Assembly: GCF_009834535.1 (NCBI RefSeq)
Contig: NC_045696.1
Span: forward strand, 60,762,001 to 60,826,000
Direction of reading: 5' to 3'
Origin: Camelus ferus
Taxonomy: Eukaryota
DNA: 64,000 nt
The notes under the pieces were generated by a model. The model saw nothing but the letters and a program-made list of their open reading frames with translations, was not told the origin of the DNA and made no database searches. The position numbers and the translations under genes are program-made. How positions within the stretch are numbered: the first letter of the stretch is position 1; the number at the start of each line of letters is the position of its first letter. This document shows, piece by piece, positions 27,079-42,000 of this stretch.

Positions 27079-30000
27079 TGTGTGTGTATCCTTTGACTCA
27101 GAAATTCCATTTCCAGGAATTCATCCCTTCTCTTTCTATATAAACAAACTTTTTAGTTCTGCTCCCTTGGAAACCTAATAAAGGTGGAATGTCAACTGTG
27201 TTACCAGGCAACAGGATGCAAAGCAAGAAGACCACCTGCTATGCCTCTGGACTTGGGATTACTATAAATGAACATGAACACCTATTGGCAAACAGTGTGG
27301 GACTTCTCTGTTTGCAGTGACTCTTATGGGTATGTCTCTTACAGGCATCTGGAAGTTATGTCTATGAAGCTGTTAAAAAGAATGTTGGTTCTTATTTGGG
27401 ACACAGTACTTCTAAGCCTGGCTGGTTCTTACACCCCTCTGATACTTAAGACTATTCTTGTGCTTATGGTATTTGAGCTGGAGGGGGAGGGAGAGAGGCC
27501 CAGATGATAGCCCCCAGACTACTGTGTAGAGCACAAGAGAAATGCCTGTCTCTGCAATGCTGGCATGCTGTACTTTCTTGTACCCTTCTAATGTATTTTC
27601 AGTGTGACCTGTTTAGGTCTTATGAGCTTGACTGATGGTTTAGTTGAACCTAAGAACACCCACTGGAATGCCACTCCTGTAAGGCACTGCAGATATAAAT
27701 AAATCGCTCATCACATTTTTAGAATAAAAAATTTAAAGTATAGTCATTCATTCACATGCGACTATGTTACATTCATATAATATAATACTACATAGCTGTT
27801 AAAAAATAAATAGATCCAAGTATACAATCTATTCTACTGAAGCATATATTTCTGTAATGTGAATGAGCTCATGTGAGACTGGTAAAGGAATAGCATCAGT
27901 GTAATATGGAGTTATGTTGGTTCATAATGATTTCTCCCTGGATTTTAATGTTTTGTGCAGTGGAGTAATAGTAGCTAAATACAACGTACACTAAGACAGC
28001 CAAAAGCAGCAACAGAGGAAGGCTGTGCTGGGCATTGTGCCCAGTCACTCTGTGTTCTTCCAATTGACTCAGCATGGCCAGAGGCTGTCTTAGAAGTGTT
28101 TGTTGCATGATTCTCTAACCTTTGTACATTTTACTCTTGTCCTCATTATTCAGATTTATAATTCTTTAAGCTTTAAGCTCTAAAAACTATATATAATTGA
28201 TGATTTATCTATCTACCATTGCTTTTTGCTGTTAAAGAAACACTAAATCTAGGAGTTTATTTATTGAAAACATGTATATTTTAAAAATAAGCTACTACTT
28301 TTATTATGATTTAGTGCCTTTGTTAATAATCTGGTATTTGTGTTTTCCACAAGCCTTGTTATCTTTAGTGTTCGATTTGGAAAAAAGGGGTTTTTTAGGA
28401 CAGCATACATTGTATTACAGCAGAAGCACCTAAACTGCCTTGGAAATACGTCTAAGATATATGAGTGAAAAAAGTTGCATAAATGTATGAACCGATTAAA
28501 AAAAAAACAACCATGTGTTAGTGTGTCTGTCAGTCTGTCTATCTATTTATCTAACATTTCCAAAAGGATATTAAAAAAATTAAATAGTGATTACATCTGG
28601 AAAGTGCGTCTGGAGAGCTAAAGGGGAAAATGAACTTTTTAATTTTTCACTTGATAACCTATCATACATTTGAGTAAGAATTACTTTTATTAAAGAAAAA
28701 ATGCAGAGTAAAATTTTAAAATAAACTAACCTCTAATAACCTTTTTTCCCAATGGTTGAGCTCAGTGCCCATACCACCTTGGTTTTCAAGTTCCATTCCC
28801 TCCAAAATTGGACAGTTAAAATGTTTTCGTGCTTCATCCTAAGAATCAGGAAAATAAATAAATAAATATACCCTACAAAAGTACAATAAAATAATGGCAA
28901 ACTATTTATCACACTGGATATAATAAAGTATAATAAAATACATTTAATATAATTTTTCATATAATTAAAATATTTTGATACTACATTACTATTAAAGTAC
29001 TATTGCTATTAAATTACTATTTTTCAAGGATTTCTGATCAAGATGGCGGAGCAGTAGGACCACAAGCTTACCCCCAATAATGACTACAACAAAACCACGA
29101 CTGACTGCTAAACAATCAACAAAAAATAAGACTGGAACCTAGCAAAAAAGATCTTCGTCAACTGGAAACATAAACAGGGAACCTCAGCAGGATGGTATGA
29201 GGAGTGTGCTTGTGATATTATTGGGACCCATACCTCTGGGGTGGGCAACCCACAAGCTGAAAAATAATTAAGTTGCAGAGGCCCTCTAGTAGGAGTGAGA
29301 ATTCTAAGCCCCACATCAGGTTCCCCAACCCAAGGTTCTGGCATTGGGAGGAGGAGACCCCAGAACATATGGTTTTGAAGGCTAGCAGGGCTTAACTCCA
29401 GGAGCCCCACTAGACTTGGGGAAAACAGAGACTTCACTCTCTTGGAAAGTGCACACAAAATCTCACATGTGCCAGGTCCAAGGGCAGAGGCAAGTGATTT
29501 CATAGGAACTTGGGTCAGACCTGCCTGCTGATTTTGAAGGTCTCTTGGGGAGGTAGAGGACAGCTGTGGGTCATCCTGGAGACATAAAAGCTGGTGGCAG
29601 ACACTGCAGGAGTGTTCATCTACATGAGCTTTCTTGGAGGCTGACATCTTGCTTGTGTCATTAGCACCAAGACCTAGCCCCACCCAACAGCCTGTAGGCT
29701 TAAGTGCTGGGAAGCCTCAGGCAAATAACATACTGGGTGGGAATGCAGCCCCAATCATCAGCAGACCCCCTGAGCTACAAAAATCTCTAGACACAGCCCT
29801 ACCCACCAGAGGTCCAGGACCAAGCTTTACCCAACAGTAGGCAGGCACCAACTCCTACTGCCAGGAAACCTGCACAAGCCTCCTGTCCAGCCTCATCAAC
29901 CAGGGGGCAGATACCAGAAATAAGAAAACAATAATCTCAAAGTTTATGGAAGGAATCTGCAAACACAAGCCAGACTACCCTGGGAAGAGCTGGATGCTGG

Positions 30001-33000
30001 CCCTTGGGTGACGAGACGAGTGTACTGCTGGGATACATAGGACGTCTCCCACAGAGGACCACCTCTCCAAGGTCAAGAAATGTAACTAACCTACATAAAA
30101 ATACCAACAGAAATTTACACAATATGAGGTGGCAGGAGACTATATTCCAGGCAAAGGCACAAGATAAAATCCAGAAGAAGAAATAAGCAATGAGGAGATA
30201 GGAAATCTATCCAAGAAAGAGCTTTGAGTTACAATTGTGAAGAGGTTCAGAGAACTCGGGAGGAGAATGGATGCACAGAGCGAAGCTTTTAGCAAAGAGT
30301 TAGAAAATATAAAGAATACTCAGAGTTGAAGAGTACAATTACTGAAATAACACAATAGAAGGAATCAGGAATAGACTAAATGAGGCAGAAGAATGAATCA
30401 GTGAGCTACAAGACAGATTAGTGGAAATCACTACTTCAGAACAGAAAAAAGAAAAAAGAATGAAAAGAAATGAGGGTAGTTTAAGAGAATTCTGGGACAA
30501 CATGAAGCGCTCTAATATTCACATTATAGGGATCCCAGAAAGAGAAGAGAAAGAAATGACCTGAGAAAATATTTGAAGAGATAATAACTGAAAACATCCC
30601 TAACGTGGGGAAGGAAACAGTCACCCAAGTCCAGGAAGTACAGATTCCATACAGGATTAACCCCAAACAGGAACACACCAAGGCATGGTAATCAAATTGA
30701 CAAAAATTAAAGATAAGGACAAAATATCAAAATCAGCAAGAGAAAAGCAACAAATTAACACAAAAAGGAACTCCCGTAAGGTTATCAGCTGATTTTTCAG
30801 GAGAAACTCTACAGGCCAGAAGGGAATAGCATGATATATTTAAAGTGATGAAAGGAAAAAACTTACAACCAAGAATACTCTACCCAGCAAGGCTCTCATT
30901 CAGATTTGACAGAGAAATCAAAAGCTTCACAGATAAACAAAAGCTAAAAGAATTCAGCACCACCAAACCAGCTTTACAAGAAATGTTAAAGGAACTTCTC
31001 TAGGTAAAAAAAGAAAAGGCCACAACTAGAAACAAGAAAAGTAGTCATGAAGGGAGAAGGGTACAATGCAGGGTATCGAAAATGCATTTGAAATTAAGAG
31101 ATCAGCAACTTAATTATGTATATACAGACTTCTAAACCAAAACCTCATAGTAACTGCAAACCAATGTAACTCCATAGTCATCAAACCACAAGACAATAAA
31201 AACAAAGAGGAAAAAAGACCTACCAAATTACTATTTCTTTCAATATTTTTTCGTCTGTTGAAGATTTTGACTTTAAGTCATATATATTTCAAAAAAGTAA
31301 TAGGGTAGTATGATTACATTTGTAACTTTTGTGTCAACAATGCTTTTAATGTAGGTGTGACCGCTCTTATTATGGATATAGGCTTTGTGGGGAAAATAAG
31401 TTGTTTAAAAGAAAACACTTTTGCTCATTTGGTTCTGTCTGTCCTTCAGTTAGAGATTTCCAAGAATAGGAAATATCCCAAGAGCAGTGCAAAAGTTTAG
31501 AAGTCAGAGAGAGCTGTGTGTAACCAAGGAATAGAGAAGGGAGAATAGGTTTCTGTCATTAAATAAGAGGGTATGATGATTAATTTTATGTGTCAACTTG
31601 GCTGGGCCACAGTGCCCAGATATTTGGTCAAACATTATTATGAATGTTTCTGTGAAGGTCTTTTTGGGTGAAATTAACATTTACATTAATGGACTTTAAG
31701 TAAAGCAGATCACTTTCTATAATATAAATGGGCTTCATCTAATCAGTTGAAGACCTTTACAGATCAAAGACAGACTCACCCCTGAGCAAGAAGGAGTCCT
31801 ACTAGCTGACTGCCTTCAGACTTAAACTGCAACTCTTCCCTGAGTCTTCAGCTTGCTAGCCTACCTCACCAGATTCTGGACTCTCCAAACCTCCCCAACT
31901 ACGTGAACCAACCTTAAAATAAATCTCTCTCTCAACACATCCTGTTGGTTCTGTTTCTCTGGAGAACTCTGACTAAAACAGATTTCAGCTGAAATGACCA
32001 GCAATTATGCAAATAGTACCGGTGATCCTAAGAGGTATCACAACACACCACTAGTGTCACAACCTAAAGTAGTTGGTAGAATGGAGCTATAAGAGTCACT
32101 GCCAAATTTCTATTTCCTCAAATTTTTCATGGCCTGTAGCTTTACTGTACTGCCTTAATATTATCTTTCCTACTATAAGCTTTCAAATGTAATCATTAGT
32201 TCTTAAACAATAATGATTAGTAGACCATAATGAATGAAAAGAACAGACGGCTCCTGAGACAGGAAGCTCTGTAATACTCACGACAACACGAGGTGTTACT
32301 AGAAGATACACAGTGTGAGGAACTCTCTTATTATCTCGAACATCCCATGATCTCTCTACTTTTCGAACTACTTTATCACTCCACTGATATAATCCAAGAC
32401 TGCAATTAAAGAATAAAATGTCAGTTTTTACACATTCACCTCTACTTTAAATGTAAGTGTGTTTATGAGTATCAATATGAAATTTAACTATCTGAGTTTA
32501 CTGAACATAAGAGCATGCAAAGTTCTTGATAGTATTTTCTAATTTAATCTTTTCAACAACTTTATTATCATCACTATTTTGCAGATAAAGAGACAGAAGC
32601 TTAGAGAGATGAAGTAACTTACTCAAGTTCAAATAGCTAATATTTGGCTAAGATGACAATGAATTACTTCCTCTTAACAAATTTACTCGATAAAATAAAA
32701 GCATTCCCAGGGACATACCCAAGCACTGAATATAAGAAACTGTAATAAACAAAAAAAATGGAATTTTTAATTTAGTGGGAAACTATAATTTACTTAATAA
32801 CTGTGCTATAAAATCAGTTTATCCATTTAGGAAAAAAAAGTTTCAGCTCACATACAGAAATAAATTTCAGACAAATATCAGCAAAAGTGACAAAATAAGG
32901 ACCTCTGAAAATTTTCTACTTCATGAAAGCAATGAGAAAAGTAGCAAAATTGGCCAAATCAACTTTTTTTTAGAACTCTGGAAATTAACCAAAGACTTGC

Positions 33001-36000
33001 AGCAATCTAGGAAACACTTATTTAAGAAAGATACATAAATCTCAGTAAGACCAGGAAGCTTTGTGGAGTTTTCCCATGTCCTCTCTCCAGCTCTGTGCAG
33101 CCCTGAAAATCAACAGCCCACAACCATGTTGAAAATCAGCAGCCTGGCAGCCAAAGGGAGCAGAACAGGGTTGACTGGCAGAATGTACTAAAAAAAAAAA
33201 AAATCCGACTATATGGCTACAAGAGACATACTTCAGACTCAAGGATACAAATAGGCTGAACTGATGTTAAAAAGATACACCATGCAGAGTACTAAGAGAG
33301 CTGGAACAGTTACACTAATATCAGACAAAATGCATTTTAAGACAAAAATTTTTACTAGAGACAGGAGGGACATTTTATAATGATGAAAGGGTCAATCCAC
33401 CAAGAAGACATAACAGTTACGAACATGTATGTACTTGATAAAAGAACCCCAAAATACATGAAGCAAAAATAAATCCTAAGTGGATTAAAGCTATGAATGT
33501 AAAAAATTCAAATAGTAATTTACTAGAAAAAATTTAAAAGAATATTTCTATAATCTTTGGAGAGCAGAACAAACTTTCTTAACCCATAATGGAAAAGTAT
33601 ATGAATTTAATAATATAAAATTTAAAAACTTTTCTGTATGGCAAAAACATGATAAATGAAATAAAAAACTAAATGGGAGAAAACCAACAATCTCTTTTGG
33701 GGGAATCTATCTTACACAAATAAAAGCACTACTGCAAAAGTGCCATATTTTTTGTTACAGAAAATTATAATGAACATCATTTAAATTTCTTCCTATAACC
33801 GGTATCTTTTTCCTAGACTACTTCTACCACTGACCCTATGAATCTCTCATTCTTAACAAAACAGAATATGAAGAGGCTATTTTTTTTCTCACCATTATTT
33901 TAAACAATTCAAGGACTGTATGGTGAATATCTGCCTACCCAACAACCATTACTTAGACTCTACAATTAACATTTTGTTATATTTGTTGTATCATACATCT
34001 GTTCATCCACTCATACCTTAAAGACATTATTCTTAATTCCTTTTCTTTTTCTGTGGCAAGGCAATGTTTAAACATAAATAGTGAAAAAAGCCAGCAAGAA
34101 AATAAACAGTTTTTTACCTTATTAATAACTCCAGTATCCTCTTCATTGAGGATTTCATTTCATTTACATTTCAAGATTAAAGGTTTCTCCAAATAAATAG
34201 GTTAGGGCCAAATTCAACTCTTTATAACACCTGAAGTTTATTACTCCATTATCTCCATTTATACTGTAAGATTTCCTGCTTTTGAGGAATACCCTGAATG
34301 TAAGAATGCACTGCAAATTACGAGCTTAACAATGGTCCTGGTGTGTAAGTATCTCCTCCTTACCCACATCACTACGTAGATGATATGTTTCCCATAAAGA
34401 CCACAATTCTTAGGATAGACCAGACTTCTCCCATACCACCAAATGAACACAAACAATCTAGGAAGTAAAACATCTATTTCTACATTAGAATTTTGTTTCT
34501 TCACATGTACTCTAAAAAATATTATGGTGAATACAGCATTATCTTTTTATGTTTTTACATTATGTTTTAATACTTATTTAATTCTAGCTACCTAAATAGA
34601 TATCTTTGTATTTAAAGTAAAATATACATAAAATGAACAAATTCTACATATAAGAATTAATTAATTTTTTATTCTGCATCCATATGCCACTACCTGGTAA
34701 AGATATGGAACAGCGTCAGCACTCCCAGGCTTCCTTGTGCCACTTCTCAATCTATTCAACTTGTTCGGCATTTGATAGCCTGCCACTTCAGGTAAAACTA
34801 CTAATCTTTTATCGTTGACTATTTTTAAACTCCATACAACTGGACTAACTGATGTATTTTGCTCAATATTATATAACTGTGATATTCATAAATGCTACTA
34901 CATGTAGCATTGTGTTCTTTTTTAGGGCCTTGTAGTTTTCAATTATAGGCACATATCACAGTTTATTTACCCATTCTTCTATTGATGGACATTTTGGTGG
35001 TTTCCATTTTTTGGTCAATAACAAAAGTGTCATGAACATTTGTGTACATGTCTTCTTGTAGGCGTGTGCTCTTAATTTAGAGATTTATTTTTTACATAAA
35101 TGCATGCAAATGGTTATAGTTCTGTGACGGATATTCTATATAAAATTCTTGATAATTTCTTCTTTTTAGTATTTCTCAGTATTATTTCTTTTAGGTCCTT
35201 AGCTTCTAGATCACTGATAATATGCTGTGCTAAATATCAGTTAACATGTAAATGTTTATCAGTTAACATGTAAATTATACAGGCAATAATTATTAATAAA
35301 CCAAAATAAAACCAACCCACATTTTCCCATGGCCTGACTATCCTATGAAGTAATACAAGTTACAGAGTGGTGGAAAAGAGCCCTGCCTGGCAAGAAGAGT
35401 CCTGGCTCTTTGGACGAGTCACTTAAGCTTTCTCCATCTCAATTACTTCATCTGTAAAATGAAAAGGTGAAGCTAAATGACCTCTTACATCCTGTCATGT
35501 AGGATATACAATTTTCCCAGGCTAGTCGTTAAACCACTGTTACGTATGGCACTGAACATGCTATGATTCTTAGATTCTAGTCTTAGCACCCTGCTATGAG
35601 AAGAACAAGAACAAAAGTAACAAATACCTATAATTAAAAGGTGGAAGACCGTCTGCAAATCTTGACGTTAGAGGATTTCCATCTTTATCATGGTAGAACG
35701 CAAATAGCCCAGCAGAGAAACCCTGTAAGAAAAAAGTTCAAAATGTCTTACAGTGAAAAATATTAGATTTGATTATAGACAATATAACATGCCACTATCA
35801 AAAGAGAACACTGATATAACATAAAAACACCACACCAATACTTTTACAGGAATTTGCCACATACTGAAACTGGATAAAAATTAAGTGTCCCTATTATGAA
35901 TTTTAAATTCCAATTACTTGAGGTAAGTAAGTGAGGAAACCAAAAGTAATAGTAAAAAAGACATTCTTTGGTAGTGGTATAGACAATGCATTTATTTGTT

Positions 36001-39000
36001 TAAGGGTGTGTTTATCACAGTTGATCCTTTTTACATAAACTTACTAATAATCTCTACAAATGCAACCAGGGAATGGTACTATTTAGAACAATTAACAATA
36101 TAGTTTAGAGTAGGCGGCTGAGCTCATAAGAGCACTCACAACAATTCAAAGTCTTTGAACCCAAAGTCCATACTTAATATACATTTATACCTAAGGGGGA
36201 AAAAAATAAGACTGGAAATGGAAATGTGTGTGTGGGTGGGTGTACACTTTGGAAGAAAGACTGCAAACATGTATCAAAAGATTAGCCATGGTTCTTTTGG
36301 TTGGTAGGATAATGTATAAATAATCGTATTTCTAAAAGTTTTTTTACAATGTGAATTTATAGGTTTATAATCCCATTTTTAAAAAGTATTTTTAGAGATT
36401 AAAAGCACAATAAATAGTATTTTATGAAGTCTTCAATTTTAATGAGATAATAGAAACTTCACATAAAGGCATTCAAAGTCCCATTCTCTATCCCTCAACT
36501 CCCAAATAAAATGAGAAAATGAGGCAAAAAAAAAAAAATTATTGACATTTGACATCTCCAATTTCATTAGTGTTATTTCTTTTCTTGCTTTCTTTCTTAT
36601 AACTGATAACCAAAACAAAGCACTTTTGTAACTATTTAAATATGTTTTATACATTGAGAATATACTATAGTTTATATCCAAATAACTAACAATCACAAAT
36701 GACCACTTAAATGATCAATTTCTTTGGCAAGTTTGTTTGCTTACTTAACTGTGGCCTCAGTGTCAGTCAAGGCTTGCCAAAATGATTAATGGAATCCAGA
36801 TTATTCTTTTATTCCTACATTTCTTCTTTTTTAATCTCTGAAGATGCAAAGCCCATTTGATGGCATCATCTAAGAAAATCTAAAGAGTTTTTAAGATACA
36901 AGGCACTGAGGTTGTATAAAGCTTAAAATAGTATGATGTGCCTCATCCTTCATAATATGCTAAACACACATTTTTTCCACCCTATCAACTTGAAAATTTT
37001 TCTAAGCACTCACATTTCAGAGGACATATCTAGTATTTAAAGTACCATGAATGATTGTATTTGACAGCTATGAGCATATATAACTTTATAGGGAATATCT
37101 GCATTTGTTAAACTTTTAATTCTTGCCATCTTCCAGGATGGTCTTTGAGACTTGAATTAATATTTAAAGTTTCTTAGGTTTTAACAATTTGTAAAATAAT
37201 TCAAATATACAAAAAAGTTTTAAAATCTAATAGAAACTTATGCATCCTGTCTAAGAGGATTTAAGATATTAGTTTTGCCATATTTTCTTCAGACATTAAA
37301 AAAAAAAAACAGCAGAATAAATATCTATGAAGTCCTATTATCTAAACTCTTTCTCCTCCATCTCTTCCCAGAGGTAAACACTACCTTGAAGTCAATGTGC
37401 ATAGTAACTCTCATACCTGCTTTTATATTCAATGGTGTTTTGCTTTAATTTGTGATTCTCTGACTGCTAAAGTCAGACTGAATATGTTCTTATACATTTC
37501 TTGGCCAACTGCACCTTTTCTTTTGTGATCTCCCTGTTCATAACCTAATTAACCTCATGTCTGGGACCTCTGCATTCATGTTCACTTATGTAGTAGACTT
37601 AAAACCTGCTGTTTTTTTCTGGTTCTCTTAACATTAATTATAGTTTTTAAAGCTTACAGTGTTACTTAGAATGATGCTTGTGTTTCATCACAATTAGCAG
37701 GTTCAACTTACTTTTTTTTAATAAAATAAAAACAGATGACTCATTTTAGAATCTCCTTACCTAAAGGACATAAGTGCTATCTGGTTATACTAGAGTTTCA
37801 CTGAATTATTCACGGTATTTGCTGATCTGAGGCTTGCATTTCAAGGTCATACACGACAGCTCACTAAGTAAGACTAATAATAGCGACTAATTTTATTATA
37901 CTTTACTATATATAGCATGGTGCTAAGCTATTTATACATTTTGTTTTATTTACTCTTCAAGAAAAAAAAACTATTGTAGTATGTACCACTATCTTCATTT
38001 TATAGATGAAACAGAGGCTTATAAAGGTTATAATTTGTAAAAGATCCCAAAGATTTTGAGAGGTAGAGGTAAGGAGATTCACACCTAGATCTGTGTGATC
38101 CATTCTGTCTCTTAATCACTGCATTTTACTCCCATCTAAATACATAATGACATCAGGAGAACATTTCCTAGGTCTTAGGTAATTTCATTTAATTTCCCAG
38201 ATATATCGTAATAGTTCATTATTTTAGACCAACTGGGGAAAAGCAAGGAGAAGTTCTGAATCAGTTTGTATAAATAACTAAAAATTTAGAAAGCCTAAAT
38301 AGATCAAGAGGACTTTTAGAAATGAGATCTCTGTAAGAGGTAAGAAAGATCTATAATTAGCATACCAGTTATTATTTCAGATGAAAGTGAATTCTTTTTA
38401 ATTACTAAGTTTTTTCTTTCTTAAGAAGCTTAATCAAATTTTCAAAACTCCTATTTGCCCAATGAATTTACATGTTTAATTACTTTAGGTAATAAAATTC
38501 AACTGCTATTCTGATAGGATAGCTGCTATCCTAATCATTAAAAATTATCTATTGGAAGAGGCCTAATTAACTAGGTTTTACTGAAAATGTTCTAACAATC
38601 CATATAATCTTTTTTTTAAGCCATTTAAAAATAATTTTAATTTGAAACAATCTCAAAGTTATAAAAAATTACAAGCAGAGTAAAACATTTTTTTAAACAA
38701 GTGAGAGTATTATGTCAACCAGATGCCCCATCATATCTGAATTATTATGTACTCTTATAGGTAAGTACATTCTTTTATGTAACAGTATAGTGAGGAAATT
38801 AACAATGAGAATCCACAAAATCTTAAATTTTAATATATACATCAAAATGAGCATATAATCAGAAAATCAAGGCATGAAGGAAAGAATAGTAGTTAACAGC
38901 AAAATTTACCAGGGCATGAATAATCTCATGTTTCACTGTGGACAGCATTCCAATAAACTCCTGAGGCTGGGTAGAGATCATATTTGGACACAGGTTAGCA

Positions 39001-42000
39001 TATCCTGCTATTGGCCTGTTAAAACAGACATTGAATTTTTTATTATATTCCAAGATAATAAGTATTATATTTATTAACCTATACTTTTCTATCAACAACT
39101 GATAAATTTCAGAAACATTTTTGCTAAATATCAAATGTCATTTTCTAACATAACATCTAACTTTCACTATCTTCTACTTTCAAGACATGTACCTGTGTTT
39201 TCCTATGGCATAGCTAACCAACACCTGTTCCCACAAAAAGGGCAGAGTCAGTTAATTACACTTCAGTGTGAATCTGTAAAATATGTAAAACACATACCAA
39301 AAAGGGGACAAACTGAAAAACTAATTCTAACACTATTTTACCTGCAAAATTCATCTGACTTCAGCATTTCACTATATGTACAGGCACAGGGACAGGCAAG
39401 CAGGTAGAAAGGGAAACTAGATATACAACAGTGCAATACGCAAACCATTCACGTTGCTGCAAGTGGCTGAATCTTCTTATCTCCATTTCACTATTCCCTT
39501 TCTCCCACACCAACAATGCCTTCAATCACATGGAGATTTTTATCTTCTTATCATCTTCCTTTACACCTTCTAGAATCTAAAGAATTCTACATCGCTTTCT
39601 GAGCCTAGAGCCTGAGAGTCCAAGAGCTGATTAGGACCCGAGTAATTCAGTCAGTTTCACCATGCAATTACATGTCTTTCAAAAGCTGTGACAAACAGCA
39701 ATGGTAAGTAACCCCAAGGTCTTTTCTCCCAGCACTACCTTAACATTTACCCCAGAAACGCCACAAACCTCCCCAAATGGTGATGGCCTACAGAGTAACA
39801 TTTGCCTTATTTAGGTAAAAAAATACAGTGCACTTTCTTCATACTTCAAAACAACAGACTTATACTTAGAAAAGTATGAAATATTGCCAAAATCACCAAA
39901 ATATTGCCATGGTGACCTCTAAAATATAAATGTCACTGTCAGGCTTAAACCCCATCAAGGACTTCCTACAGCATTTAGAATAAAACAGTCCTATCTGCTT
40001 CTCCCTTCAATGCATCTCTCAAACAGTTTCTGCTGAAGCGGCTTCTAACAGCACCAGTATCCACAGCTTTTTCCTAACACAAGCTCTTTTCTCCAGCTCT
40101 TTATCTGGCTAAAGCCTAAGAATTTTCAGGTTATACTTAAAGTTTCACTTTTTCACAGAGGCATTCTTTGCCCGATTAATCTAAATTATGTTTCTCCCTT
40201 TTGTTCTCTTTTATGTTGTAGCACCCTGTTTTTTTTCTACAAAGTATTTATCATATTTTGAAGTCACAGGTCTATTTGTAACTGTATTTAATTGATATCT
40301 TGTCTTCCTCTGTAATTTGTTAAGTTCCACGAGGCAGGTACATATGTCTATTTTGTTCACCTAGTCTGCTGGCAACATATTTAGGCACTCAAACATTTAT
40401 GGAATGAATTAATGCAATATAGCAGTTTCCTCAGCAGTTTTGATAGAGTTTCATCACTATCAGAAAGAGTCAAAAAGAACAACTGAAGATACTACTCTTT
40501 CTTCTAACATCAATTTCTCCTCAGAAGAAACCAAAATCTTCCTCAGTTATGAGAAGACATATATGGGTAGCTTCAAATTCATTGATACAAGGAACATTTA
40601 TTCTTTAAGCTAGTCATTCATATGGAATGTAAATGAAATGCTTAAGTGCTTTAAAGAAACATACTAGCAGTGCAATGAAACTGAAACACACCTCTGGGCT
40701 ATGGGATCCTCATCTGTGTGACAACTCCTGTGCTGGATTCTTTCCCCAGAAGACAATTAGATACTCTAAGTACTTTCAGTATTATTAGATGCTGAACAGA
40801 GATGAACTAATCTAGACCTACCCCTAGAACCACCATGGGATTTTATATCCCTCCCCGCAACTCCCGAGGGAAGTCATTCTGTTCTTAATACATAAGGTTC
40901 ACTTTAACATGTTTTTTATTTTAAAAAAGTAATAAAAGCTCATTGTAAAGCGTATATATATATCCAAACTATAGAAATGTACTAAGAAAAAAGGAAAAAC
41001 TCCCTATTTTACAATTTACTGCCACTAAATTCACCTACACAGGTAACTGCTATCAACAAATGGGATGCTTTATGTTTAGGGTGACCAGCCATCCCTGTTT
41101 GCCCAGGGCTGTGGGGTTTCCCAGGATTATGGGACTTTTAGGGCTAAAACAAGGTTAACTCCTGAGAAAATTGGGATAGGTGGTTATTTCTGACTTTTTC
41201 TTTAGCACATTCAAATACACAGATTTTTTTAAAAACAGATATGAAATATTATATATACTGTTTTGCAATATTCTTTCAACACTCAAGAGTATATTAAAAA
41301 TGAAACTGTGTGTGTACAATCCATATGGTTTAGGTCAACTTAAGATAAAGACCCATGATTTTGCAGCACTGCTATTATGAAGGTATATTTCTCAAAGTCA
41401 TCTACTTTAAAAAGCATCTCATTTTATCAAGTAACTTATGATTCAGTTAGCACTTCAAATACATTTCCTTGATATGGAGACATCATTAATTACACCATAA
41501 TGACAGTGTCTCAGGGGAAAAAGAACACTATTAAATACATATATTCTTTTTACTAAACAGTAGTACATATATATTTGCAAAAGCATTATAGCACTTTCTT
41601 CTTCAGTAATACACTCAATATTTGACTCAAAACATTTTCAACATTCAGAGCTAAAGATTTTTGAGTTGATTTCACGGATCAACAATTACACAGTATCATG
41701 CTAACAGACTGCTTTCACAATCCACGATGCTGATTTTGACCTCCTTACCACCTTCAGTTTTGACAGTTTAATTCTGAAGTATATATCAGTGTTGCCTTTT
41801 TATTGTCTACTTGGTTCAACTAACAATTTCTTTTATTTTTCCCTTAAATTAATTACATATCAATAGAAATGAAACATCTCTTTAAAGTCATCTAGTCTTT
41901 GACAGATAGGTGAATGTTCAGGAACTCAGCAGTGGTCCTTACATACACATGAACTGGTCACATTAACTCTCCTAGATCTGAGAATGTCACATACAAAGTA

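Noticed and set aside
29108..29683. 191-aa antisense ORF in the L1 5' UTR (ORF0-like?)
   Set aside because: Starts at GTG rather than ATG and is broken into several short ORFs in the homologous copy A; no recognisable domain.
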